Source: Candidatus Methylomirabilis sp.
GTDB taxonomy: Bacteria > Methylomirabilota > Methylomirabilia > Methylomirabilales > Methylomirabilaceae
DNA: 24,449 nucleotides
NCBI GenBank assembly: GCA_041498975.1
Contig: JBGQJI010000029.1
Location: 1-24,449 of the forward strand
Direction: 5' to 3'
Shown piece after piece: positions 17,012-24,449 of the stretch (position 1 is the first letter of the stretch; the number at the start of each line of letters is the position of its first letter). A program made the translations under genes and the position numbers. The notes below the pieces were generated by a model. That model worked only from the letters and a program-made list of their open reading frames with translations, was not told the DNA's origin and did not search any database.

Positions 17012-17761
17012 CTAGGCTGTCCAGCGCCGGTCCGAGGCCGGGAACTCATAGGGTGGAGCGACCACCGCATCAAGACGCCGACGGCGATTGAGCGACGCCT
17101 TCACGATCTGCAGGTATTCATCGCGACTCGCAGAGCCTTGGCGTCTGCTGAGGTTGCCGTGGTGCATCCGATGATATGTCAGAACCTCGGGCAATAGTTC
17201 CATGACCACTCCATGCTCAGCCGCCCGCAAGAACCACTCGGTATCGTCTCCATGCTGCAATGCCTCGTCGAGTTTCCCCACCGTGTCAAAGAGAGCGCGC
17301 CGCGTAAGCAGCGTACAAGTGGTATACCCCGGCACCGCGTTCGTGAAGCGGGGATGGTCCCGGTACCGGGCCGCCTCTTCGATCAGCTCCGGGACCCAGA
17401 AGTTCTGCACGTGCGTGACGCAGAGGTCGAGGTCGGGCCGCGCCTGAAACCGGGCCATCTGGCGGGCCAACTTCTCCGGATGCCACAGGTCGTCCGCATC
17501 GAGGAAGGCCACGAACGCCCCCTGGGCCGCGCGCAGGCCCAGGTTCCGCGCCGCGGCCGGCCCCGCATTGGGCTGGGACAGATGGTGAACTGGTTGATCG
17601 TAGCTGGCCACGATGGCCGCCGTCCCATCGGTCGAGCCGTCGTCGGCAACGATGATCTCCAGCGGCCGGTAGGTCTGCGCCCAAATGCTGTCCAGCGCCT
17701 CCCGCACGAAGCGCTCGCCGTTGAAGACGGGCACGATGCAACTGATCAGGGGGGGTGTCAT
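17012..17761 (-). CDS. Glycosyltransferase family 2 (GT-A)
   Basis: True start MTPPLISC at ATG 17761. Motifs ADDGSTD, FLDADDLW, GDDTEWF. Confidence 0.93.
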   Translation of the reverse strand: MTPPLISCIVPVFNGERFVREALDSIWAQTYRPLEIIVADDGSTDGTAAIVASYDQPVHHLSQPNAGPAAARNLGLRAAQGAFVAFLDADDLWHPEKLARQMARFQARPDLDLCVTHVQNFWVPELIEEAARYRDHPRFTNAVPGYTTCTLLTRRALFDTVGKLDEALQHGDDTEWFLRAAEHGVVMELLPEVLTYHRMHHGNLSRRQGSASRDEYLQIVKASLNRRRRLDAVVAPPYEFPASDRRWTA

Positions 17762-17920
17762 GACCGGGTGACCTCCGCCAAGAGCTCGTCCACGCCCGCC
17801 GGAATCTCCCCCAGGTCGCGGCCCAACTCCAGGCAGCAACTGCGGATGCGCTAGACAAGCTGGGCGAGTTGCTGAAAGCCGCAGGGGCCGGGAACGGGGA
17901 CCATCAACAGATTGGAGCTA
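17758..17920 (-). pseudogene. C-terminal relic of a second HprK-like kinase
   Basis: Translates as ...CGFQQLAQLV*RIRSCCLELGRDLGEIPAGVDELLAEVTRS*, against CGFGRLVQLVERVSSYWLELGHDLSEIPARVEELLAMANGS* in the intact kinase. In-frame TAG at 17851-17853, and the same ATGA overlap with a GT2. Confidence 0.85.
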
Positions 17921-18238
17921 GCGACACATGCAACGATGTCATCCCTTCGGTACGCGACCCCCTACAGCCTCACCGACGTAGCCTATCTGGTCCGAATGAA
18001 CGTATCACAGATGCCAGGTGGCTGCAACCATGCCGTTGCTTCCTCCTGGACCCCTGATCCGGCAGACTGCCCACGGTCGTCGCGTTTGCCCTGGCGGCCC
18101 ATCGTCAGTCAACCCAGGCGCCTCAGCGTGCCGCGCCGTCTCCTTCCCTCCAAGTGCCCCCCTCGGGTCTTTGAGGAGCCAGAGGGGTCGGGAGGATGCT
18201 TGATCTCCACAGATAATCATCAATCGCCTTCCGTATAT

Positions 18239-18267
18239 TTAAGAAGGACGATGGGATTTGCTATAAT
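18239..18267 (+). promoter_or_regulatory. Putative sigma70 promoter with extended -10
   Basis: TGCTATAAT (TGn-TATAAT) at 18259-18267, with TTAAGA 17 nt upstream of the hexamer. It lies in an AT-rich gap about 75 nt before ATG 18344. Confidence 0.6.
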
Positions 18268-18343
18268 GACCCATTGAATAGTATGAGGTCGAGACCTAAC
18301 CGTTTCCATTATCCAATCCCAGTAAAGCGGTCCTCGGTGAGGC

Positions 18344-19564
18344 ATGAAGGCGCTTCTCTTAATTCTGGCAAGTGTTTTCGCAATATTCCTTGGGATCAGG
18401 GTCCTCTCTGGCTTATGGAAGAGCCGTGTTTCCTGGAAGGACATCACAACGTTTTACGCTAACCCTCAACCAATCGGACGGCTCGACGGCGATCCGCTCA
18501 AACGGCTTGGATTGAGGTCACCTGCTCTGCGCGAACCCGTGAATTTCGGAAAGATTCGCTACGTACAAAAGAGCCGATACCTGAACAACGCCCGCGCAGT
18601 GGTCACCCACTCCATTGACGATTCGACACGATACATTCTCGATTCCCTTGATGCGATGGACAAGTACGATATTAAGGCCAGCATTTTCGTCAGCACTGAA
18701 GTGGAGCCCATCTCTCAATTGTGGCCGCGGCTTCGCCAAGCCGTCGCCAATGGCCACGAAATCGGCTCCCACTCGCGTCGGCATCAGTGTCGGAGGCCCT
18801 ATACTTTCCTCTTCTGCTTCCTTGCCTACACCGGCTATGAGATTTCAGGCTCAAGAGATGACATTCTTTCCCATACCAATCAGCCCCATGTGTGGTCCTG
18901 GTGCTATCCTTGCGGTCAGTGCGCTGGCTTCGACTTTGTTCATAGAAAGCTTGCTCGGGGTGGATACCTGGTGGCGCGAAACTATCCTGGGGAGAATCAG
19001 GATCGCCACATTGTTCCCGATCTACAGACCTACGATCCGAACCCTTACAACGCGAGCTATACACAAGTGGTGCAGAAGAAGGGCGGAACAGCAAGATCCG
19101 GAAGAACTGACGTAGCCGAACTGAATGCCAAGTTTGACGAGGTGTATCAACGAGGTGGCATTTACAACTTTCTCTCTCATCCGGCGTGGCTCGACTACGG
19201 CCCGGACAAGTTCTACGAACGCCACCTGGCCTATGTCGGCAGGCGATCAGACGTCTGGTATGTCCCGATGGGACCTCTGTATGCCTATCGGACTGTCGTG
19301 GAAAGAACGGAGATTCGCCAACTAGAACCCACGGATGGTACGGAACGCTTCGCCGTTTACAATGACCTGGATCCAAAGATCTTTAACACCAGCATCACGT
19401 TGGAATTTTTCGTTCCAGAAGATGTCAGCATTCTTACCTATGGGAAGCCACTCCTCGAGTCAAGACGACAGCTCACGATCCGGTGGAATAGCGAATACTT
19501 TCGTCGCCAGGGCGACAGTGTGTTTGTAACGATCAGGCCGAACACGGTCTTAGAGTTTCGATGA
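18344..19564 (+). CDS. Membrane-anchored or exported polysaccharide deacetylase-like protein (CE4/NodB-like domain)
   Basis: N-terminal hydrophobic segment, VTHSIDD, ASIFV, GHEIGSHSRRH, WCYPCG, FLSHP. RBS GTGAGG upstream. Confidence 0.75.
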   Translation: MKALLLILASVFAIFLGIRVLSGLWKSRVSWKDITTFYANPQPIGRLDGDPLKRLGLRSPALREPVNFGKIRYVQKSRYLNNARAVVTHSIDDSTRYILDSLDAMDKYDIKASIFVSTEVEPISQLWPRLRQAVANGHEIGSHSRRHQCRRPYTFLFCFLAYTGYEISGSRDDILSHTNQPHVWSWCYPCGQCAGFDFVHRKLARGGYLVARNYPGENQDRHIVPDLQTYDPNPYNASYTQVVQKKGGTARSGRTDVAELNAKFDEVYQRGGIYNFLSHPAWLDYGPDKFYERHLAYVGRRSDVWYVPMGPLYAYRTVVERTEIRQLEPTDGTERFAVYNDLDPKIFNTSITLEFFVPEDVSILTYGKPLLESRRQLTIRWNSEYFRRQGDSVFVTIRPNTVLEFR

Positions 19565-19621
19565 GGTCCCCCGCGCAGTGTGCAAGGTGCAGAGGCTGTG
19601 TTCCTTGTGCCCGAACAGCCG

Positions 19622-19651
19622 TGTAGGGGCGGTTCGCCAAACACCCCTACA
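19622..19651. repeat. GTAG-type REP-like palindrome
   Basis: TGTAGGGG-CGGTTCGCCAAACA-CCCCTACA: 8-bp inverted arms containing GTAG/CTAC, in an intergenic position. Confidence 0.6.
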
Positions 19652-19716
19652 GCGGGCTCCCACACCTAGGACACACTGGCCGATGGATTAGGATCTTATG
19701 AGGGGTCAGGATTGGG

Positions 19717-20991
19717 GTGGAAGAATCAGCATATGTTGGATACCCTGGTGCCAGGGCAATGTTCAGGGGTAAGCAGAGAGGGCCGACAACTCTAGTCACC
19801 AACTCCTCGTGGGGGAGTTCGATCTCCATCATCCGCTCACTCGGCCGCAAGGGCTGGCGTGTGATCGCGGCTGATCGCGACCCGCGCAGCCCCGGTTTCT
19901 ACTCACGTTATGCAAGGGAGCACCTACTCTATCCTGACCCTAAGGTCTCGCCACACGAGTTTGCCATGACGCTGCTGGGCGCCACACGTGACAAGGGGGT
20001 TGATCTGATCATCCCTGTAAGCGACGAAGCCATCCTCTCGCTGTCGCGAGCGCGCGCTCAGTTCGAGGGAGTCTGCAAGCTGGCGATGCCTGAGGCGGCT
20101 ACGCTGGAAGTAGTGACGAACAAGTTCAAAACCCTCGACCTGGCCGAGCAATTGGGCGTGCCAACACCGCGGACCCATCTGGTCCACACGGCGCAGGAGG
20201 CGGTCGAGACGGTGCAGGCGTTGAGTTGGCCGGTTGTGCTGAAGCCCTGCGCGTCTCGGTTGTACACTGAGCAGCCGGCAATCAAGGGCTTCGCTGTCCG
20301 CTACGCCGAGAACCTGAACCAGTTGACAGAACAGATGCGGCACTTTGAGGGGCATTGCTCGGTGCTCTTGCAGGAATACTGCCTCGGCAGCGCCCAGGGA
20401 GTCGAACTGCTGATGCATCAGGGCAGGCCGCTGGCCGCGTTTCAGCACAGGCGGCTGCGCGAGTTCCCGATCACTGGCGGCCCCAGCGCATTCCGCGAAA
20501 GCGTGCCGCTCGATCCAATGCTGTACCGTTACTCAGTGCAGCTACTGGGAGCGCTGACCTGGACCGGCCTCGCGATGGTGGAGTTCAAGGTCTGCGCTGA
20601 TGGCCCGAAGCTGATGGAGATCAACGGGCGGGTGTGGGGATCATTGCCACTCGCAGTCCACAGCGGGATGGATTTCCCGGCGCGTATGGCCGAACTGTAC
20701 CTCTATGGACCGCCGAACAGGAACGGAGCGCCTGACTTACGGTACGCCATCGGGGTGCGGGCCCGCCACCTGGACTACGATCTGGAGTGGATCGCTTCGG
20801 TGATGCTCGGCCGGCGGTGTTATCCCTTCCTGCCGATGCCAAGCCGGCGCCAAGGGCTAGTAGCGCTGCTGGGGCTGCTCAACCCTTCGTATAAGTTCGA
20901 CATTCTGTCGCTGGAGGACCCACAGCCGGGGCTGGTGGAGATCCTTAACATTGTCCGAAAGTTCAGCAGAAGGCTGAAAGCGGCGTTGTAG
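19717..20991 (+). CDS. ATP-grasp carboxylate-amine ligase
   Basis: IIRSLGRKG, YSRY, IIPVSD, PVVLKP, LLQEYC, HRRLREFP, MVEFK...LMEINGRVWGSL. The start may be ATG 19759. Confidence 0.88.
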   Translation: MEESAYVGYPGARAMFRGKQRGPTTLVTNSSWGSSISIIRSLGRKGWRVIAADRDPRSPGFYSRYAREHLLYPDPKVSPHEFAMTLLGATRDKGVDLIIPVSDEAILSLSRARAQFEGVCKLAMPEAATLEVVTNKFKTLDLAEQLGVPTPRTHLVHTAQEAVETVQALSWPVVLKPCASRLYTEQPAIKGFAVRYAENLNQLTEQMRHFEGHCSVLLQEYCLGSAQGVELLMHQGRPLAAFQHRRLREFPITGGPSAFRESVPLDPMLYRYSVQLLGALTWTGLAMVEFKVCADGPKLMEINGRVWGSLPLAVHSGMDFPARMAELYLYGPPNRNGAPDLRYAIGVRARHLDYDLEWIASVMLGRRCYPFLPMPSRRQGLVALLGLLNPSYKFDILSLEDPQPGLVEILNIVRKFSRRLKAAL

Positions 20992-21337
20992 GCTGGAATA
21001 GCTGAGCGAGTTGTTCGATCTGACGGCGGTGACCTCGGCTGTGGGGACGATGGAAGAGAGGGTCGGACAGCTTCGAGAGTTCCGGCATCGAAGGCGCTTG
21101 AATATGGCGTCAATATTCAACGGACCGCTCGTCTGCGCGCAGCCCGATCTTACGAATCTCCTGCTAGTAGGAGAGTTCTGCAAGAATTCCAGCACAGTCT
21201 CGCGTGCGAGCGGTGCTCGTCTTACGCCCTCAACCGTATCGGCAGGATTCACCAGGCCTCCCGTTCCATGAGATGGGATCCTCCTTGAGAAAGATTTTCA
21301 CCTCCATCGTGTTGACGGGAGCTCCCCCTTCGAGTCG

Positions 21338-22408
21338 ATGTTCTCTAGTCTGAACATCCCCCGAGAGGGAGCCGCGCTCCTTACGCTGGCACGTGCTGCC
21401 CTTTCAGCGGGCCCCAGTCCTACCGAGGACTTCCCGTCCTCGCTCGATTGGACCTTCCTTCTACGGTTGGCGCGCCACCATCGACTCGAGCCACTCCTGT
21501 CCTATGGCCTCCGCCGGTCCCACTTCGGTGGCATCCCGGCCAAGGTGCGCGAAGAGTGGGACGACCGCCGTCTCCATGCGGTTGCCCGCGCCCTCTACCA
21601 TCAGAAGGCTCTGGTGGCGATCGCGGCGGCCTTCGATGGCCGGCGGGTCCCGTTTATCCTCCTGAAGGGTGAGGCTCTCTCGAAGGCGCTGTACCCTCAG
21701 GACGGGCTACGTCCCTATGGCGACATCGACCTCCTCATACGGCCGGAGGCCTACGAGTCGGCAAAGGCGGCTCTGGCAGAGTTAGGATTTCAGCTCCGGC
21801 ATGCAACCAAGGAGTCTGATCAGCGACGGATTTTCGGAGAGGTCGAGTTCGATACGGAGGGGCCCCGAGCCATAACGGTGGACCTCCATTGGGATACGCT
21901 GATGACTTCATGGGAGCCACGCTCTCTTTTCACTGAGTACGAGACATGGGACACCCCTGATCATATTCGCCTCGGGGATTGCGACATACCGGTCCTCAAG
22001 GGGGAGATTCTTCTCCTCTTCCTCAGTGTCCATTTCGCGTTCCACCATATGTTCGACGGGCTGCTGCTCCTTTGCGATCTCTTCCTGGTTCTCAGGCGCG
22101 ACGCAGAACGGATCGACTGGGATCGCCTCATTGCCCTCACCAACCGATGTCGGTGCCAACGTGCGCTCTTCTACTGCCTCCACTTCGTGCACGCGCTCAT
22201 GGATGCTCCCGTGCGTCCGGACATCCTCGACCGGTTGCGACCGCCCGGATCGATCCGGGCCCTCATGCCAACCGGTCGATTGCTCTTTCGGGACACCGTG
22301 GTACCGAAGATGCTCGAACGATACGTTAAATTTCTCTTGATCGATGCGCGTGGAGGACGATGGCGGGCAGTGAAGGCCTGGATCGAGGTCACGTTGAAAG
22401 GTGTATGA
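21338..22408 (+). CDS. Nucleotidyltransferase family protein (NTP_transf_5-like)
   Basis: LDW..LLRLARHHRL, ILLKGEAL...YPQDGLRPYGDIDLLI, VDLHW, LCDL, IDWD. Confidence 0.88.
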   Translation: MFSSLNIPREGAALLTLARAALSAGPSPTEDFPSSLDWTFLLRLARHHRLEPLLSYGLRRSHFGGIPAKVREEWDDRRLHAVARALYHQKALVAIAAAFDGRRVPFILLKGEALSKALYPQDGLRPYGDIDLLIRPEAYESAKAALAELGFQLRHATKESDQRRIFGEVEFDTEGPRAITVDLHWDTLMTSWEPRSLFTEYETWDTPDHIRLGDCDIPVLKGEILLLFLSVHFAFHHMFDGLLLLCDLFLVLRRDAERIDWDRLIALTNRCRCQRALFYCLHFVHALMDAPVRPDILDRLRPPGSIRALMPTGRLLFRDTVVPKMLERYVKFLLIDARGGRWRAVKAWIEVTLKGV

Positions 22409-22465
22409 ACAGACCCATTCGGCAAGCTACCTTCCCCGGGCGAGGGGCCGAGGCCGAGGAACTGT

Positions 22466-23755
22466 TCACCACTGGCTCGACGCAGGCAGGGTGAGCTCGT
22501 CTCTTTCATATCGCTGGGGGGCCGGGGCTTCTGGCTGCGAGAACAGGTGCCGGAGATACCACGTCAGAATTCCCACCCGTATCAGCGCAGACAGGATCCT
22601 TGCGTAGACGGCTCCATAGACCCCCACGAGAGGGATAAGCACGCAATTGGCCAGGACGCTCGTGCCTGTACCGATGGCCAAGGACCGGAGCACTTTCTTC
22701 TCCTGATACAAAGCCTGCAGAGTCACAGAAAGGAAGATGTTGAGGAAGCTGAGAGGGAACAAGAGCGTCAGTGGACGAAGGAGCGGAGTCACTGTGCCCG
22801 AGACGGAGCCGTACAACACCGCTGTCAGAGGCGAAGCGAGAAGGAAAGCCACCCCCATCGCAAGTAAGCCCAGGCCCAGGAGAAACACGGCCCTGCGAAG
22901 GATGGCACGCCGGTTCGCTGGACTCTGGCCGTGGGCAGCCAACTGGGGGAAGAACACCTGACCAACCACCGTGGGAATAAAAGAGGCAGCGAACACGATC
23001 CTGAGGCCCATGTGGTAACGGCCAACGGTTTCGTAGTCGGTCAGGAAGCCAAGGAGCAGCGTATCGATCTTCTCTCCAAGCACGGCAAGAAGGAAGGTGA
23101 GAAGGAACGGAACTCCCTCTCTTATAAAGATGGTATCCCACGACACCTGCAGCGGGCACAGCCAGAAGCGGGTTATGAAAACGCCCGCCCCTAACAGGCA
23201 GATGGAGCGCAGAAGATTTGCCCCCAAAAGCACATTGAGCGAGGGCATCCACCACATGCCCAGGAGAAAGACAGACATGAAGAAAACCTCCACTGCCCCG
23301 CCAATCCAGACGTTGTAGACGACCTTTCCCATCGCAGTCAAGAAGGTGCCGAAGGAAAAGTGGATATTTTCGAGCAGTGCAGTGAGGGCCACAACCAGGA
23401 CCACTCGCCAAATTCCCCCAGTAAACGCGAACGCGGCAGCAGACACACAAAGGAGGTACACAGGACTACCCAACAGTCGGAAGCCCAGCAGCGGAGCCAG
23501 GTGGGATGAGGCATGAGCCGGGTCGGCAGCCACCCGCCGCATCATCACCGAATTAAGTTGAAAGCTGGCCAGGACAAGGAAGGATTCGGCAAAGGAGACG
23601 GCAAAGAAATAGACACCGATCTCTTCGGCCAGTAGGCGGCGGGAGAGAACCATGAGTAGAACAAGGCCGCCCAGCTTATAAAACGTCTGGAGGGCAAGCA
23701 GAAGGAAGGTGTCGCGTTGGAGAGGGTTACGCCGCAGGAAACTGAACGGTCCCAT
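22466..23755 (-). CDS. Wzx-like/MOP-superfamily oligosaccharide flippase
   Basis: Many hydrophobic segments, LSRRL...IGVY, KIDTLLLG...VGRY, FFPQLA, LANCVLIPLVGVYGA. Likely start ATG 23755 (the ORF track extends to 23797). Confidence 0.85.
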   Translation of the reverse strand: MGPFSFLRRNPLQRDTFLLLALQTFYKLGGLVLLMVLSRRLLAEEIGVYFFAVSFAESFLVLASFQLNSVMMRRVAADPAHASSHLAPLLGFRLLGSPVYLLCVSAAAFAFTGGIWRVVLVVALTALLENIHFSFGTFLTAMGKVVYNVWIGGAVEVFFMSVFLLGMWWMPSLNVLLGANLLRSICLLGAGVFITRFWLCPLQVSWDTIFIREGVPFLLTFLLAVLGEKIDTLLLGFLTDYETVGRYHMGLRIVFAASFIPTVVGQVFFPQLAAHGQSPANRRAILRRAVFLLGLGLLAMGVAFLLASPLTAVLYGSVSGTVTPLLRPLTLLFPLSFLNIFLSVTLQALYQEKKVLRSLAIGTGTSVLANCVLIPLVGVYGAVYARILSALIRVGILTWYLRHLFSQPEAPAPQRYERDELTLPASSQW

Positions 23756-24044
23756 CCTAGGCCCGGATCCTGTCGCACATCTGGCGGCTGAACTCAAGGA
23801 GAGTCCGGAGAGCCCTTCTTGTGCTTCGGCCCGAGACTGACCGATGGGCAGCTACGCGGCGGACCAGACACAGGCCATTACACCGTAGCAAGCCAGCCAC
23901 CGCCTCCTCGTCCTTTGCCCCCCATAGATTCCACTCCTTCAGACATTCCAACCCTTGACAGGCTCTTGCGCTCCGATCCTGTGCTTCGGCAGAACCGTGA
24001 GCGCACGCTGGGAGGCCCGCGTGGCACGCTCCGAGACTTCCCGA

Positions 24045-24094
24045 GGCGGAGAGAACGTCGTGACCATACAGAAGCGCAGCGGTCGCTCCATCAT
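24045..24094 (-). pseudogene. Truncated 5' stub of a GT4 gene
   Basis: MMERPLRFCMVTTFSPP is identical to the start of 2245..3480 except Y>S. Unrelated sequence follows, with a stop near 23940. Confidence 0.8.
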
Positions 24095-24424
24095 CGCGCG
24101 CTGAGGACTCCGAGGGACACGGCCCGGCGGAGCCGCCGGGGGATGCTGCGCGCCCTGAGGTACCAGGGGAACAGACGCGTCGGCAGCAGCCCGAAGCGCC
24201 GCTCGGTCCGGAGGTAGTAGGCGTCCACGCGCTCGAGGGCGTAGGGGTCGCTCCGTACGGTGACCAGGCCGAGCCGGTCGGAGCAGGCGCAGGCGAAGTG
24301 CTCGCGCACGAGGGCGCGGGAGCGCGCGTCGGAGCGCCCGTAGGGGTAGGCGAAGGTCGTGACCGGGGTGCCCATGGCCTCCTGGAGGATCGCCTGCGCG
24401 TCACAGACCTCCGCCCGGAGGCGG
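24045..24424. repeat. Direct repeat copy 2 of 3431..3810
   Basis: Near-identical sequence with about 10 mismatches in 380 nt. Similarity degrades after about 24430. Confidence 0.95.
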
Positions 24425-24432
24425 GGGGGCAT
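24091..24432 (-). pseudogene. C-terminal half of a duplicate polysaccharide deacetylase (truncated, or cut by the window edge)
   Basis: Near-identical to the last ~110 aa of 3477..4247 (FAYPYG...LGVLSAR). The TFDD and HxxxH motifs are absent within the window. Confidence 0.7.
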
Positions 24433-24449
24433 GGGGGTGCAGAGTCGCT

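Noticed and set aside
21011..21271. 86-aa plus-strand ORF between ATP-grasp and nucleotidyltransferase as a precursor peptide
   Set aside because: TTG start without a clear RBS and no leader motif. The region is better explained as intergenic with palindromes.

Overview
A GC-rich bacterial glycosylation and tailoring locus with no rRNA, tRNA, CRISPR array or transposase. Most genes form a long minus-strand operon (about 17.9 kb down to the window start). It holds six GT2 and four GT4 glycosyltransferases (one GT4 frameshifted, one partial), a radical SAM/SPASM-twitch enzyme, a PqqD/RRE protein, an HPr-kinase-like kinase, a nucleotidyltransferase, an ATP-grasp ligase, a NodB-type deacetylase, a CmoA carboxy-SAM synthase and a coupled methyltransferase-fold gene. 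A divergent plus-strand unit encodes a second deacetylase, ATP-grasp and nucleotidyltransferase, and a Wzx-like flippase converges on it. Three things stand out. (1) The PqqD/RRE protein carries a C-terminal tail resembling a lasso-peptide leader (KPYESPMLNIYRDMGDLL), next to a kinase and nucleotidyltransferases but with no lasso cyclase or peptidase in the window, which suggests an RRE-precursor fusion or peptide-scaffolded glycosylation system. (2) cmoA sits in a glycan operon with no cmoB in the window, hinting at carboxymethylation of a non-tRNA substrate. (3) Unannotated kinase and PqqD relics, mosaic GT2 paralogs and a ~380 bp direct repeat record repeated duplication of the module. All family calls are by motif recognition only; no searches were run.
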